Shown: positions 43,303 to 55,987, numbered from the whole stretch's first letter. The stretch is 60,961 bases of DNA, filler included, from 6 parts of 6 records of this genome joined end to end with filler, not necessarily neighbours in it; one strand, 5' to 3'. Notes: a model not told the origin generated them from the letters alone. Translations and numbers: made by a program.

Positions 43303-45258
43303 TCAGGCGAGATCGTTGATTCCGACAATCGGGCCGAATGTATCTTTCAGGGCAAGCAACTCCGCCCTCTGTTTTGTATAGATCTCGAATAATGTGGCCG
43401 GAATATCCTCTTCACTGCCGTAGGCCTCGGTCTGCAGATCGATCCGATCGACGATGTTGTCCACATAGAGGGCAAACTGCATATCGTAGAGCGATCGGGG
43501 ATACTCTTTATCGATCGTTTCGAAAAGCATCTTCAGATCGTCGTAGTACGGAAGGTAGCCGATCGGCGAGTCGATCGCCTCGACATCACCGTTGGCAAAC
43601 AGTTCAAGCCAGCCAAGCCATACTTTAACGTCTTTCTTCTCTCCGAGCAACCCGCTGCCCGAACTTCCTCGATTCTCGTGGGTGAGGAAGTAATTCAACC
43701 CGGCCATGACCGGCCTGTCCCCGTCGTTGAGCGCTTCGGAATTGAAGAAACAAAACTGGGCATCCATGTAATCGCCGAGTGCACCGGGAATGAACGGTGT
43801 GTTTGCCCACGGCTGCCTCCGTACACCCGACACACCGATTTCAGTGGCGGTTGCCTGGGACACGATCGATGCCCCGATCGCGACGCCCTCGTCCATAGTC
43901 TTGGCCGCCCATACCGGCGGCATCGTGTTGCTGTCACGTCCGGAGTAGGTAATGACCCGTACCGGAACGCCGGCCGGATCTTCGGCTGCTTCAGTATTGT
44001 GGTTTGCGATCGCTTCGGCGAGGAGTGTACAGCGGGAATTCTTGTGGGACATCGGAATCGGCTTTCCGTCCGCGTCCGTTTTCCCGTTCCACCAATCACC
44101 CTGGAAGTTTACCCCTTTTTCCGGTGGGGCCTCACCGTTGCCGATCCAGTGAGGGATGTCATGCTCATCGATCAGCACATTGCTCCAGATCACTTCGGTT
44201 CCGTCGCCCCTGAGGCAGTCCATCAGGTAGGGATCGCCTTCCCGGTTCACATCTTCGACGATGCCGAAGATCCCCTTTTCCGGGTTGATCGCCCTGAGCG
44301 TGCCGTCGGGTGCGATCCAGAGCTGGGCGAGATCGTCTCCTATGAAGTCGGTGCCGACCATTGCCGTTGTCGTCTTCCCGCAGCCGGACGGCGCTGCGCC
44401 GGCTATGAATGTTTTGCGTCCGCCGGGTCCGGTCATGCCGGTGATAAACATATGTTCAGACAGACACTCGCCCTTTTTGTAGTACGTCGCGTAGTCGACG
44501 CAGAACCGGTGATTACCTTTTTTCATGAGCAGTGTGTTGCCCGCATAGGTACAGTATGAGGAAAAGGTGGTCAGCCAGCTGCGGTCCATGAAAATGCGGG
44601 CGTTGGGCACATCTTCGGGCCGATTCAGCCCTTCGGAGTGCAGGTTGGTGAAAAAGATTTCCTGACGCTCGGCTTCGCTGTCGAATTGATCATAGCAGTT
44701 GCGGTACAGCAGCTCCGCGGAGTGGAGCACGTACCCGGAAGATGATATCTCGATTGCCGGAACGGAGGCCTTGGCACCGACCGGTCCGCGGCTGTAAAAG
44801 CCGATGATCATCGTCAGTCCCTTCATGATGCCGTCCATATACCGGGCGACGTATTCCGTCGCGTCGGCCCGCGGGATCGATTTGGCCATCGAACTCAGGC
44901 TTTCGCCTTCGTTGGTGATATAGTAGGTCTGGTTGACGAGCCGGGCCTGGTCCTGGGGAAGATCGTAGTGAATGGTGTGCCCTTGTTTGGCGAGCGGCCG
45001 TTCCTCTCCTTTGTCGAAGCAGTGCTGTTTGATCCACTCGACATCTTCCGGACTGCCGGAGTTTATGAAGACGGCGTCCGGCTTGCACAGAGCAATGGAG
45101 TTGGCGATTTTGATCAGGGCGTCGGGGTTGGTAATCGGCTTCAGCTTCGTCAGGTTTGCTTCGTCGAGTGTATCACTGATAAGTCTTCTGGCGTCGTCAA
45201 GCGTACCGATTCCTCCGACTGCGGCAAGGATTTCGTTACCTTTGGACAGTTCAAGCAT
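43303..45258 (-). CDS. pckG: Phosphoenolpyruvate carboxykinase (GTP)
   Basis: EHMFI, PSGCGKT, IGDDLA, INPEKGIFG, HKNSRCT and YSGRD motifs. Confidence 0.9.
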   Translation of the reverse strand: MLELSKGNEILAAVGGIGTLDDARRLISDTLDEANLTKLKPITNPDALIKIANSIALCKPDAVFINSGSPEDVEWIKQHCFDKGEERPLAKQGHTIHYDLPQDQARLVNQTYYITNEGESLSSMAKSIPRADATEYVARYMDGIMKGLTMIIGFYSRGPVGAKASVPAIEISSSGYVLHSAELLYRNCYDQFDSEAERQEIFFTNLHSEGLNRPEDVPNARIFMDRSWLTTFSSYCTYAGNTLLMKKGNHRFCVDYATYYKKGECLSEHMFITGMTGPGGRKTFIAGAAPSGCGKTTTAMVGTDFIGDDLAQLWIAPDGTLRAINPEKGIFGIVEDVNREGDPYLMDCLRGDGTEVIWSNVLIDEHDIPHWIGNGEAPPEKGVNFQGDWWNGKTDADGKPIPMSHKNSRCTLLAEAIANHNTEAAEDPAGVPVRVITYSGRDSNTMPPVWAAKTMDEGVAIGASIVSQATATEIGVSGVRRQPWANTPFIPGALGDYMDAQFCFFNSEALNDGDRPVMAGLNYFLTHENRGSSGSGLLGEKKDVKVWLGWLELFANGDVEAIDSPIGYLPYYDDLKMLFETIDKEYPRSLYDMQFALYVDNIVDRIDLQTEAYGSEEDIPATLFEIYTKQRAELLALKDTFGPIVGINDLA

Positions 45259-45529
45259 GCGTGTCTCCTTTCTCGATTTTGGAAGTGCTCACTACCCGTA
45301 TGTGGCACTTCAATTGTCAATAAATCCAAATAAAAAAGACCAGTTACTTGTATTCTTAAATCATACCCCCTGGCAGGATTTCAGTCAAGCGTATCATGTT
45401 CGGGGAGAAGATGGTGCCGGTTGGTGCATCAAATTCCATGCGGTACTCCGAAAAATGGCGTAACCTGAGAGAGCGGCAGAGCATCTGTCGCAGTTGCCGA
45501 ACAGATTTCACTTCAGGGAGGAAATGAAG

Positions 45530-45835
45530 ATGATCCATGTTATTGCATCGATAACAGTCAAAGAAGGCTCGAAAGAGGAATTTCTGAAGATATTCAAGGC
45601 GAATGTGGAACATGTGGTGAAAGAGCAGGGGTGTATCGAATACCGGCCGGCAGTAGATGCCGTTACCGGCCTCGAAGCCCAGATCCTCGATGAGAATATG
45701 GTTACGATCATCGAGAAGTGGGAATCGCTTGACGACCTCAAACGCCACCTGAGTGCTCCGCATATGTTGAAGTACCGGGAACAGGTCTCCTCAATGGTCG
45801 TGGGCGTCGCGCTGAAGGTACTGCAGGACGGTTGA
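45530..45835 (+). CDS. Antibiotic-biosynthesis-monooxygenase family protein (YgiN-like quinol monooxygenase)
   Basis: EQGCIEY...IIEKWESLDDLKRHLSAPHM. Confidence 0.85.
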   Translation: MIHVIASITVKEGSKEEFLKIFKANVEHVVKEQGCIEYRPAVDAVTGLEAQILDENMVTIIEKWESLDDLKRHLSAPHMLKYREQVSSMVVGVALKVLQDG

Positions 45836-45976
45836 TCGAACCCCCGGTACCCGTACGCGTCGGGTGGTTGTTGGAGAAAATGCGGGGATCTTCAATTCTG
45901 AACAACCCGTCTTATTATATCGTCCAGCTATGCGCAGAGTAATTATATCAATGGAAAAAGGCATGGAGGAATCCAG

Positions 45977-46858
45977 ATGAAGTGGCTTGTCGTACTTGAT
46001 CCGATTGACGGGCTGGTATCCCGTACCGATACATCGCTTACCGTCATAACCCGGGCCCGGGAAGAGGGCATCGAGGTGGAAACGGCGACCATCGAACAGC
46101 TTTATTTTGAAGAGCGCGCCCGCGTTGTGGCAAGCGATAGCAACGGTCGCGCTGCGCAGGTCGATCTTGGCGACTACGACCTGATCTTCATGCGCAAGGA
46201 ACCTCCCTACGACATGCGTTTTCACTACGCGACCCACCTTCTTTCACTGAGTGGGACGCTGGTACTCAACAGTCCGTCGGCGCTGCGCGATTTCAATGAA
46301 AAGCTGATTGCACTGCCCTTTGTGAACTATATGCCGCCGACTCTGGTAGCCTCGGAGGTGTCGCTGATCAGCGATTTTGCTGCCCGCCACGGCCGGGTGG
46401 TCATCAAATCTCTGGACAGCTTCCAGGGCAAGTCGGTCCAGAAGATCGACGGGTCTGACAGCGAGGTAATCGAGTCGTTTACCGAAGGCGGCTCGCGACC
46501 GGTGATGGTGCAGAAATTCCTCGATGAGGTGTTCGACGGCGACAAACGGGTGATCACGCTTGACGACCGGGTACTGGGTGCCGCCCTGCGTAAGCCCATC
46601 CAGGGCTACCATGCCAATTTCGCGAGCAGCGAGGCGCTCAAGACCACACTCAGCGAGCGTGAGCAGGCTGCCGTCGACGAGCTTCTTCCATGGATGGTCT
46701 CCCGGGGGATTCACTTTGCCGGGCTTGATTTTATCGGCGGGTACCTGACCGAGGTCAACATCACCTGTCCGACCGGCATCGTGCAGATATCCGAGCTGGA
46801 AGGCCGGGACCTGGCGGGTGAGATTGTCGCCTCTTTCACAAAACACGCACGGGGCTGA
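45977..46858 (+). CDS. gshB: Glutathione synthetase (ATP-grasp)
   Basis: FMRKEPPYD..YATHLL, NEKL, GDKRV and GLDFIG.YLTEVNITCPTG motifs. Confidence 0.82.
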   Translation: MKWLVVLDPIDGLVSRTDTSLTVITRAREEGIEVETATIEQLYFEERARVVASDSNGRAAQVDLGDYDLIFMRKEPPYDMRFHYATHLLSLSGTLVLNSPSALRDFNEKLIALPFVNYMPPTLVASEVSLISDFAARHGRVVIKSLDSFQGKSVQKIDGSDSEVIESFTEGGSRPVMVQKFLDEVFDGDKRVITLDDRVLGAALRKPIQGYHANFASSEALKTTLSEREQAAVDELLPWMVSRGIHFAGLDFIGGYLTEVNITCPTGIVQISELEGRDLAGEIVASFTKHARG

Positions 46859-46864
46859 TCGACA

Positions 46865-47766
<902 letters not shown>

Positions 47767-47770
<4 letters not shown>

Positions 47771-48537
47771 TGCGTGACTCTCTTGTCTGTTACTATACGA
47801 TTGCCCGGCGGGAGGCCACGCGGATCTTCAGGATCTGGGTGCAGACCCTGTTTCCGCCGATGATTACGATGACCCTCTACTTCATCGTGTTCGGCACGTT
47901 TATCGGCTCCCAGCTGAGAGAGATAAACGGCTTCAGTTACATGGCGTTTATCGCTCCCGGGCTGATTATGATGTCGATCATCACCAACTCCTACACCAAT
48001 ACGGTCTCCAGCTTTTTCTCGACGAAGTTCCAGAAGAATATCGAAGAGCTGCTGGTCAGCCCGACCCCGAATTGGGTAATCGTGCTCGGGTTCGTGTCGG
48101 GCGGCGTGATACGCGGACTCAGTGTCGGGTTTCTCGTGTCCCTGGTCAGCCTTTTCTTCGTCCGGCTGCCGCTTTACTCTCTTGTCCATACGGTCCTTTT
48201 CGCGTTTCTCACCAGCTTCGTTTTCGCGCTGGCGGGAATGATTAACGGCATATTCGCGAGAAAATTTGACGATGTCTCGATCATTCCGACCTTCGTGATC
48301 ACGCCGCTTACTTACCTGGGTGGGGTTTTCTACTCGATCTCGCTGCTTCCCGATTTCTGGCGGATGGTCTCGAAAGCCAACCCGATCATCTATATGATCG
48401 ACGGCTTCCGCTACGGCTTCCTGGGAGTGTCGGATATGAACGTCTACGCCGGCCTCGGCATGCTCGTGCTGTTCGCCGCGGTGCTTTTCAGTGTCAATTT
48501 GTACTTGCTCGACAAGGGGACCGGCATCCGGTCCTGA
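47767..48537 (+). CDS. yadH: ABC-2 permease (YadH-like)
   Basis: RIWVQTL.PP.ITM.LYF, PGLIMMSIITNSY and PLTYLGGVFYSI motifs. Confidence 0.88.
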
Positions 48538-48557
48538 TTACCACGGGGTGAAAAATT

Positions 48558-48803
48558 ATGGTTGAATTGTATGTGAGCAGAAGCTGTCCGTTCTGTATCA
48601 AGGTTATGTGTGCAGCTGACGAGATGGGGCTCAAGGAAGGAAAGGAGTACACGATAGTTGAAGCGGAGCGCGGAACGGCGGGGCGCGAGAAGGTCGTGAA
48701 TACCGGTGGCAAGTCAATGGTGCCGTTCCTGATCGACGGTGACTGGTCGATGTATGAGAGCGACGATATCATCGACTACCTGCGCAGCAATGTGGCAGGG
48801 TGA
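48558..48803 (+). CDS. Glutaredoxin/GST N-terminal domain protein
   Basis: CPFC active site; VPFL and MYESDDII motifs. Confidence 0.85.
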   Translation: MVELYVSRSCPFCIKVMCAADEMGLKEGKEYTIVEAERGTAGREKVVNTGGKSMVPFLIDGDWSMYESDDIIDYLRSNVAG

Positions 48804-48868
48804 TTTTCTGTGAATCCCTTCCCCGACCTAAGTGATGAGACAGGGTTCTTCAAGGTTCCCTTCTGTTC

Positions 48869-49900
48869 TCAGCCAAGAACGGCTTTGTACACCCGCAGGA
48901 AGTTGCCTCCTAGAATCTTGTAGATGTCCTCATCGGCGTGGCCCCGTTCGACCAGGGCGGCGGTGAAGTCGGGCAGGCGGCTGTGATCCTTGACGATGTC
49001 GTAGGCGGGCAGCGGTTCCTCGAGCTGGAAGTAGTCGGTGAAGCCGTTGCAGATGTCGAATCCGATGCCGACATGATCGCCGCCAGCGATTTTGATGATA
49101 TGGTCGACGTGGTCGACCAGGTCCGTGACATCAGCCTCTTTCTTGTTCGGTGCGGTGAACATGTTGACCGAATTCATCCCGATCACCCCGCCGTTTTTCG
49201 CGATGGCCTCTATCTGCTCATCGGTCAGGTTGCGCGGCGTGTCGGCGAGGCTCCTGCAGTTGGAGTGCGACGCGATGACCGGCGCCGACGCGATGTCCAT
49301 CACATCGAAGAATCCCTCGTCGTTGATGTGGCTGAGGTCGATGACCATGCCCATCTGCTCGGCTTTTTCCACCAGTTTAACCCCGAATGGTGTGAGTCCT
49401 CCTTTCCTGCCCTCCTTCTGCGGCGCGAAGAAGGCACCGTCGGCCGCGTAGTTGCGGCGGCTCCACACCAGCCCGAGTCCCCTGACTCCCAGTTCGTAGA
49501 AGATGCGCAGCAGGCCGAGGTCATTCTGCAGCGAGTCCGCGCCCTCCAGGGAGAGCAGCAGGCCGACCTCCCCGTCAGCCCTGGCTGAACGAGCCTCCGC
49601 GACGCTTCTGCAGAGTCTGACGGTGCCGGGGGACTCGTCGATCTCGTCATGCAGGTGGGATATCTGCTGTAGCGCCTTGCGCAGCCCCATTTCCGGGAGG
49701 AAGTAATCGTGGACGAACATTGCTGCCACGAGCAGGTCCACCCCTCCGTTCCTGAAACCGTCGATATAGCTTGATTCGATTATTTTACGTTCGCCGCGTT
49801 CCCGCCGGAAGGACACATCGAGGGGGAGGTCGAAATGGGCGTCGACGATGAAGGCCTGGCGGTGGATACCCTCCACCCGTTTTCTGCTGAGTTCGTTCAT
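48869..49900 (-). CDS. Membrane dipeptidase family (M19)
   Basis: VDAHFD, LSLEGAD, DLSH, ASHSN and HVGIGFD motifs. Confidence 0.9.
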   Translation of the reverse strand: MNELSRKRVEGIHRQAFIVDAHFDLPLDVSFRRERGERKIIESSYIDGFRNGGVDLLVAAMFVHDYFLPEMGLRKALQQISHLHDEIDESPGTVRLCRSVAEARSARADGEVGLLLSLEGADSLQNDLGLLRIFYELGVRGLGLVWSRRNYAADGAFFAPQKEGRKGGLTPFGVKLVEKAEQMGMVIDLSHINDEGFFDVMDIASAPVIASHSNCRSLADTPRNLTDEQIEAIAKNGGVIGMNSVNMFTAPNKKEADVTDLVDHVDHIIKIAGGDHVGIGFDICNGFTDYFQLEEPLPAYDIVKDHSRLPDFTAALVERGHADEDIYKILGGNFLRVYKAVLG

Positions 49901-49921
49901 TATCCTTGTCCAGGAAAGCGT

Positions 49922-50388
49922 TTAGAGGGTGAAGAGGAAAAGTTTGAGGACCTCGAAGTAATCCGCGGATTCGAAGCGGATCGTGTTATCCTCCACCAGC
50001 GTCGCTCCGGGGAAAAAGGAGTTCTTGTACGCTTCCATGTAGCTCGTATAGGTGATGCGCACGTCGAACGAATTCGGCAGTGTCGGCACACACTTTCGAA
50101 GGTTGCCGGAGAGCGCGGCATCGACCTTTTCCTCTATCTCACGACAGGCGCGCTGCGGGTGCAGGTTCACGGTCGAGTCGCCATTGCCCGATTTGACCGC
50201 AGCGGTCTGCATGTCGGGAATGAGAGTCGACGCGTGCGCGCACAGGGCCTGGTCCCCCGACACGAAAACTACGGGTACCTGTTCGCGTGCGGCCGTGTAG
50301 CTGTTGATCAGAAATTCCGATGTTTCCAGCCCGTTGATGGTTATGCGTGCGACCCTGGAACTGCTCATCGTATGCGCCAGAGGTTTCC
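49922..50388 (-). CDS. D-aminopeptidase M55 (DppA-like), C-terminal part
   Basis: PLAHT...ING..SEFLIN...VPVVFVSGD motifs; 5' end cut by the contig edge. Confidence 0.8.
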
Positions 50389-50488
50389 NNNNNNNNNNNN
50401 NNNNNNNNNNNNNNNNNNNNNNNNNNNNNNNNTTAATTAATTAANNNNNNNNNNNNNNNNNNNNNNNNNNNNNNNNNNNNNNNNNNNN
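50389..50488. other. Artificial contig spacer
   Basis: N44-TTAATTAATTAA-N44. Confidence 0.98.
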
Positions 50489-50517
50489 TGTCCCCAGTTC
50501 GATTCTGGGAGGCGCCA
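50489..50517 (+). tRNA. 3' end of a tRNA gene (T-arm and acceptor strand; tRNA-Phe-like; anticodon not in window)
   Basis: TGTC-CCCAG-TTCGATT-CTGGG-AGGCGCC-A forms a perfect T stem-loop, followed by a terminator. Confidence 0.75.
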
Positions 50518-50522
50518 CCTTG

Positions 50523-50560
50523 AAAAACCCCATAAAATATTGATTTTATGGGGTTTTTTT
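50523..50560 (+). terminator. Intrinsic terminator after the tRNA
   Basis: AAAAACCCCATAAAAT-ATTG-ATTTTATGGGGTTTTT perfect inverted repeat with a T-tract. Confidence 0.85.
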
Positions 50561-51049
50561 GTTTGTGGTAATTGTGAGCCTTCTTGTGACCAACGATTGA
50601 GGGCGTGGGGGATTTAGTCTATCTGTTAAGCCACCTTCCGATAATATTCACATTTCAATCCAAATAATGTTGATTGAATGCTTCCAAAATTTCTAATACT
50701 ATAACTTTTCTGAATTCCCGGCTCAATACCTTGATACGGTCTTTTTGTATTATAGTACTCAATATGCCCTTTTCACAGATTATATATCTGATAATACAGA
50801 ATACATAAAACCTTTGGTTGAATAATGTGTCTACCGTAAATAAATCCATCGCATTTAACAGCAGTATCACATTATATGATGTAAAATCAACTTGTTATCT
50901 ATATTTAATTCATGAAGGACTTTTAATTCCACGAGTATCCCAAATCAAACAACTCATTTTAAACATTGATTTGAATACAGGATTTCAGTAGATTATTGTG
51001 AATTTGCGTTTTAGATCCATCCTAAAAGTGTGATAAAATTCCTCCTATT

Positions 51050-51607
51050 ATGAAATTTGAAAAAAACAATCCCCCAGAGATTGATTTTTGCAAAATACAA
51101 AACGGCGATGTTAAGGAATTTGAATTTTTATTTCGCTTTTACTATGCCGTCCTTGTAGAATTTTCCCTTTATTATGTAACCGACCAACAAACTGCAGAAA
51201 GTATTGTTCAGGACGTTTTTGTAAGCGTTTGGAATAATCGCAATAAGATAAAATTGCGCAGCAACATCAAAGTCTATTTATATTCGGCAACTAAAAAAGA
51301 ATCCTTTCGTTATTTACGGGATAAAAAAAACCGCGATAAATATGTGCAGAGTTTGTTATCTATTGAGGATTTGTCAATTGTGTGCGACGATTCAGTGTAT
51401 CAAAAAGATATCCGTAATGCCATTGAACACGCCATCAGGGAATTACCCAAAAAGGGGCAATTGATTTTTTGCATGAATCGCTTTGATGAGTTGACGTATG
51501 CCGAAATTGCCAGGATTCTCGGAATCTCTGTTAAAACAGTCGAAACTCACATGTCCAGGGCATTGAAATACCTGCGAAAAAAGCTCTCCCATCTTTTATT
51601 TTTCTAA
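51050..51607 (+). CDS. ECF sigma-70 factor (FecI/Bacteroides-type)
   Basis: AESIVQDVFVSVW and region 4 LTYAEIARILGISVKTVETHMSRALK. Confidence 0.92.
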   Translation: MKFEKNNPPEIDFCKIQNGDVKEFEFLFRFYYAVLVEFSLYYVTDQQTAESIVQDVFVSVWNNRNKIKLRSNIKVYLYSATKKESFRYLRDKKNRDKYVQSLLSIEDLSIVCDDSVYQKDIRNAIEHAIRELPKKGQLIFCMNRFDELTYAEIARILGISVKTVETHMSRALKYLRKKLSHLLFF

Positions 51608-51707
51608 AAAAAATCATTTAATTTGTCAGGGTAAAACACTTTTAGTGTATCATTAAAGTGATTAATCTTAAAAGTATGCTAATAAAATCTAGCGAGGTAA
51701 CATAATT

Positions 51708-52748
51708 TTGAGAATTAGCAAAAAGTTGATTGTTCGATATCTGTCAAACGAGTGCACAGAGGCGGAAAGAGCCAAGGTTCACACTCTGCAACAAAAGAAC
51801 CCGGAACTTGAAAGAGAATTAAAAGCCATGAAACAAGTATGGAGTGTGAAGAAAATAAAGAATGCAAAGGTAGATGTTGATGTCGCATGGCAGAACGTAA
51901 AAGCTCAAACCGGGTTGCAATATAACTTTCAACATGAAAGAATACAAAGATCAAGGGCTGGAAAAATCGGCCGGCAGTTGGTTCCCTCATTTTCATCAGC
52001 CGGAAGAGTTTTTGCTTTTGCAATGATTTTGATGATGGCAATTGCCATACCCTGTTACATTTATCATATAAAGCAGGATACTTTTCAATCTGCCGACATT
52101 CTTTCTTTCCAAACTATCAAGGTAAAAAAAGGTAAACGTTACACAGTCACTTTACGCGACGGTTCAAGAGTCACTTTGGATGCAGGCAGCGAATTGGAAT
52201 ACCCGACCGTTTTTTCGGAAAAGAGAAAAGTGTTTCTTAAAGGAGAAGCTTATTTTAACGTCGCACACAACCCTAATCGGCCGTTCTCTGTCAATACAAA
52301 TCATGCTGTTGTAAAAGTTTTGGGCACAAAATTTAACATAAGGGCATGGGATGAAAATCCCAGGATTATTGTAGCAGTACAAAATGGTAAAGTATTGCTA
52401 TCAAACAGGTATGAAGAAACGGATTCGGTCCTTTTAACAAAAGGAAAATCCAGTTCAATATCTCAGGCAGGTCATCCGAGTGAACCGGTTGATATTAATT
52501 TTAATGATTATGTCGGCTGGATGCACAACGAGATTTACTTTAGAGATGCAAGTGTGAGGGAAGTATTGGCGCAATTTGAACGGTGGTATGATTTTCAATT
52601 TTCTATTGAGGACGAAACAATTCTGGAGAAACGTCTGACTGTTCACCTGCAAAAAACCAATGTAGATGATGTGATCGAATTAATTGCTGTTCTTACGAAT
52701 ACAGAAATTATTCGTAATGGTAATGAAATAAAATTCAGCAGGAAATAA
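51708..52748 (+). CDS. fecR: FecR-family anti-sigma factor
   Basis: One TM; LRDGSRVTLDAGSEL, LKGEAYFNV and VLGTKFN motifs. Confidence 0.9.
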   Translation: MRISKKLIVRYLSNECTEAERAKVHTLQQKNPELERELKAMKQVWSVKKIKNAKVDVDVAWQNVKAQTGLQYNFQHERIQRSRAGKIGRQLVPSFSSAGRVFAFAMILMMAIAIPCYIYHIKQDTFQSADILSFQTIKVKKGKRYTVTLRDGSRVTLDAGSELEYPTVFSEKRKVFLKGEAYFNVAHNPNRPFSVNTNHAVVKVLGTKFNIRAWDENPRIIVAVQNGKVLLSNRYEETDSVLLTKGKSSSISQAGHPSEPVDINFNDYVGWMHNEIYFRDASVREVLAQFERWYDFQFSIEDETILEKRLTVHLQKTNVDDVIELIAVLTNTEIIRNGNEIKFSRK

Positions 52749-52772
52749 TAATAAATTTGGATAAAAGAGATA

Positions 52773-55700
52773 ATGAGTTTTTTAATAAAGAACTTTTCCA
52801 TTGCTTTATTATTACTTTTTGTACCGCTATCTGTTTTTTCACAACAAAACGATTACAGCTATCTTTTGCTCGAGGAGTTTGGTGGACAAAAGGTACCCAC
52901 AGCCTTGTTGAACAAAATTTCAGTGGACTTTCAGGATGAGCCGTTAGAACTTGCCCTGGCAACCATAGAAGAAAAAGTCGAATAAAACTTAATTATCCCC
53001 GTAATGATCTTCCGCTCAAGAAAAATGTGACCCTTAAAATGAACAAGGTTTATGCTTTAGAGGCATTGCTCACTGTTCTTAAAAATACCGGAACAACCCT
53101 AAAAATCACAAAAGGTGGATTTCTGGCTGTGATGCCACAAAATGATTCAAAACAAAAAAACCGAACAGTTTTACGGGGTAATAATAGGTACTGTCCATGA
53201 CTCTCTCAGTGGTGATCCCTTGCCGGGAGCAAATATTGTCCTAAAAGGAACGGCAATCGGAGCAGCATCTGATTTGGAGGGAAATTATAGAATACTCAAC
53301 GTTCCCGCAGGAAAACACATTTTGCGTGTTACCTTTATTGGCTATAAAGCCAAAGATATTCCGGTTATTATTTTGCCAAAAGCAACGGTGACTGTCGATG
53401 TAACGCTGCCATTTGATTTGATTAAATTTGATAAAGCCGTGGTTGTAACCGCTCAACTAGAGGGGCAGGCTGCTGCTATAAACCAACAAATTCGATCGAA
53501 CACGATTGTCAATGTTGTCTCCAGGGATAAGATACAGGAATTACCGGACCAAAATGCTGCTGAGTCTCTTGGACGCTTACCTGGTATTGCTATTCAACGT
53601 AGTGCCGGGGAAGGTCAAAAAGTGGTTGTGAGAGGTCTGTCGCCGCGATTTAGTGCAATCACTGTCAATGGTGAACGTTTGCCAGGATCGACTGATGATC
53701 GTTCAGTAGACCTGACGATGATCTCGCCGGATGTGTTAGCAGGAATAGAAATTTATAAAGCGCTAAGGCCGGATATGGATGGTGACGCTATTGGCGGGCG
53801 TGTTAATTTTATTACCAAAAAAGCACCTGAAGGTGCTCGTGCTACGGTACGTATATTTGGTGGGTTTAATCAGGTGGCTGATGAGTATGGCAATTATAAG
53901 GGAAATGCTGCTTACAGCAACCGCTTTTTATACAATGAAAACGGCAATGCAAAACTAGGCCTTGTCGCTACCGGAAGTGTTCAGCGTGCTAACAGAAGTT
54001 CTGATTTTTTATCTGGAAGTTACTATTGGACGGGTTTAATAAATAATGAGCAAGTCTATGAAACATCCACTATTGGACTGACAGACAATATCGAAATCCG
54101 GGATCGTTATAGCCTGAATCTGGCTTTGGATTACAACCTCGGTATGAATCATGACATTATTCTGAGTAGTTTGTGGGGACGTACAGATCGTGATGTACAG
54201 GGATTAACTCATGAGTATATTGTAGAAGGCAGCTCACATATGCGAAATTATGTCGAGCAGGAGTCGACATTAAAAATGTGGACGAATTCACTAATGGGAA
54301 ACCATCTGTTTGGCAAAGCGGAAGTGAATTGGCGTACATCCTATTCAAAAGTGAATGAAAATATACCCTGGCTATCCACGATACGATTTGAAGAATACAG
54401 TGCATTTGTTAGCGATATACCTCTTAATAATATAAAGCCACAACTCGTTCCGACGTATGCGAAAAATGATGACGAATCGGCATGGATGACCTGGAACGAT
54501 ATTCAAGAACAAATGGTCGATGATAGAAATTTAACCGCACTGATGGATATTAAATATCCTTTTCAGATTGGCACCAATTTTTCAGGCTATTTCAAAATTG
54601 GTGGAAAGATACGCAGTACAAAGCGAGAGAAAGATGTATCGCAATGGGGAGGTAACAGATGGGCGGTTGCACAAGAAGTAAATACTCAGCACGACGATAT
54701 GTTTATCGACACAAAGGGGCGTCAGGAAGATATAGCACTGACAAATTTTATTCTTGAGGATAAAAAGTCTTATGATGACTTTTTAAAAGGCGAGTATGAT
54801 TTTAATGAAATTTTAGATAAGGATAAACTTCATTGGTTTGCGACAACATTTGATTCTGTCTACAGGAAAACCCCTCGTGCTGAAGTGGATGCCAGGGATT
54901 ATTCAGGCAGTGAGACGATTAACGCTGCTTATATTATGGCGGAATTCAATTGGAAGCGATTAATTACATTTATGCCGGGTATTCGTTACGAAAGAACAAA
55001 AACAGACTATTCGTCCAAAATTCTCAATCCAACCCAATCGACGGCAAGCAGCTCGCTTGTTCAACCGTCTTTCAATGATACATTGGGCAACAGAATATAT
55101 GAAAACTTTCTGCCCATGCTTCAATTGCGTATTAAACCATTAAATTGGTTTGATATTCGTCTGGCGACGACAAAATCTCTTTCCAGACCGGATTTCTACA
55201 ACCTGATTCCCTATGAAAGACTTGATTGGGATACCCAGACATTGCAATTTGGAAATCCCTACCTCAAAGAGAGTGTTGCAACAAATTATGATTTATGCGT
55301 TTCCTTTTATTCTCGGTATGGCTTGTTCACAGTGGCTCCGTTTTACAAAAAAATAGAAAATATTGATTATGTAAGATCTGGAATAAGACAAAAGGGGTAT
55401 TATGCTCCGTACTTGACTAATTTAAAAGGTTGGACCGTCATTACTCCGGAAAATTTGAAGGATGAATCAATCGCTAAAGGATGGGAGTTCGAACTGCAAA
55501 CAAACCTCAAGTTTTTACCAGGCCCTTTGAATGGAATTGTTATCTATGCCAATTATTCCACGATAAAATCGGAAACCCAATATCCTTATACTATTTACAA
55601 AACAGAGTACTTGCCGGTTTATCCTTATGTGGTAACAACTGCAATCGATACAGCACGAACCGGTCGAATGATCGGTCAGGCGGATAAAATTGCCAATTTT

Positions 55701-55987
55701 ACTTTGGGCTATGAAAAAGGTGGTTTTCAGGTCGGATATCGATGATATACCAGGGAAATGCACTGCGAAGCGTTACTCAGGCCAGGGAAAATGATGGAAT
55801 CGACGATGATTTCATCCGCTGGGATCTCGTCCTGCAACAACAAATTTACAAAAGCATAAAACTCATTGCACAGGTGAACAATATCACAGACCAGGAGGAG
55901 AAAGCGTATATTCGATACAGAAAATATTCGACGAGACGAGAAAATTTCGGAAGAACCGTAGATTTAGGCATTCAATTTGAATATTAA
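52773..55987 (+). CDS. TonB-dependent receptor with N-terminal STN and carboxypeptidase-regulatory-like domains, split by indels at about 52975, 53154-53178 and 55725
   Basis: STN-like ISVDFQDEPLELAL; plug ELPDQNAAESLGRLPGI...VRGL; C-terminal GRTVDLGIQFEY. Fragments rejoin at homopolymer runs. Confidence 0.87.

Noticed and set aside
45302-45319. TGGCACTTCAATTGT as a sigma54 promoter
   Set aside because: The -12 element reads GT rather than GC, so support is insufficient.
50655-50870. 71-aa minus-strand ORF after the tRNA; possible island or integrase remnant
   Set aside because: No recognisable motif, no integrase and no second att copy in the window.
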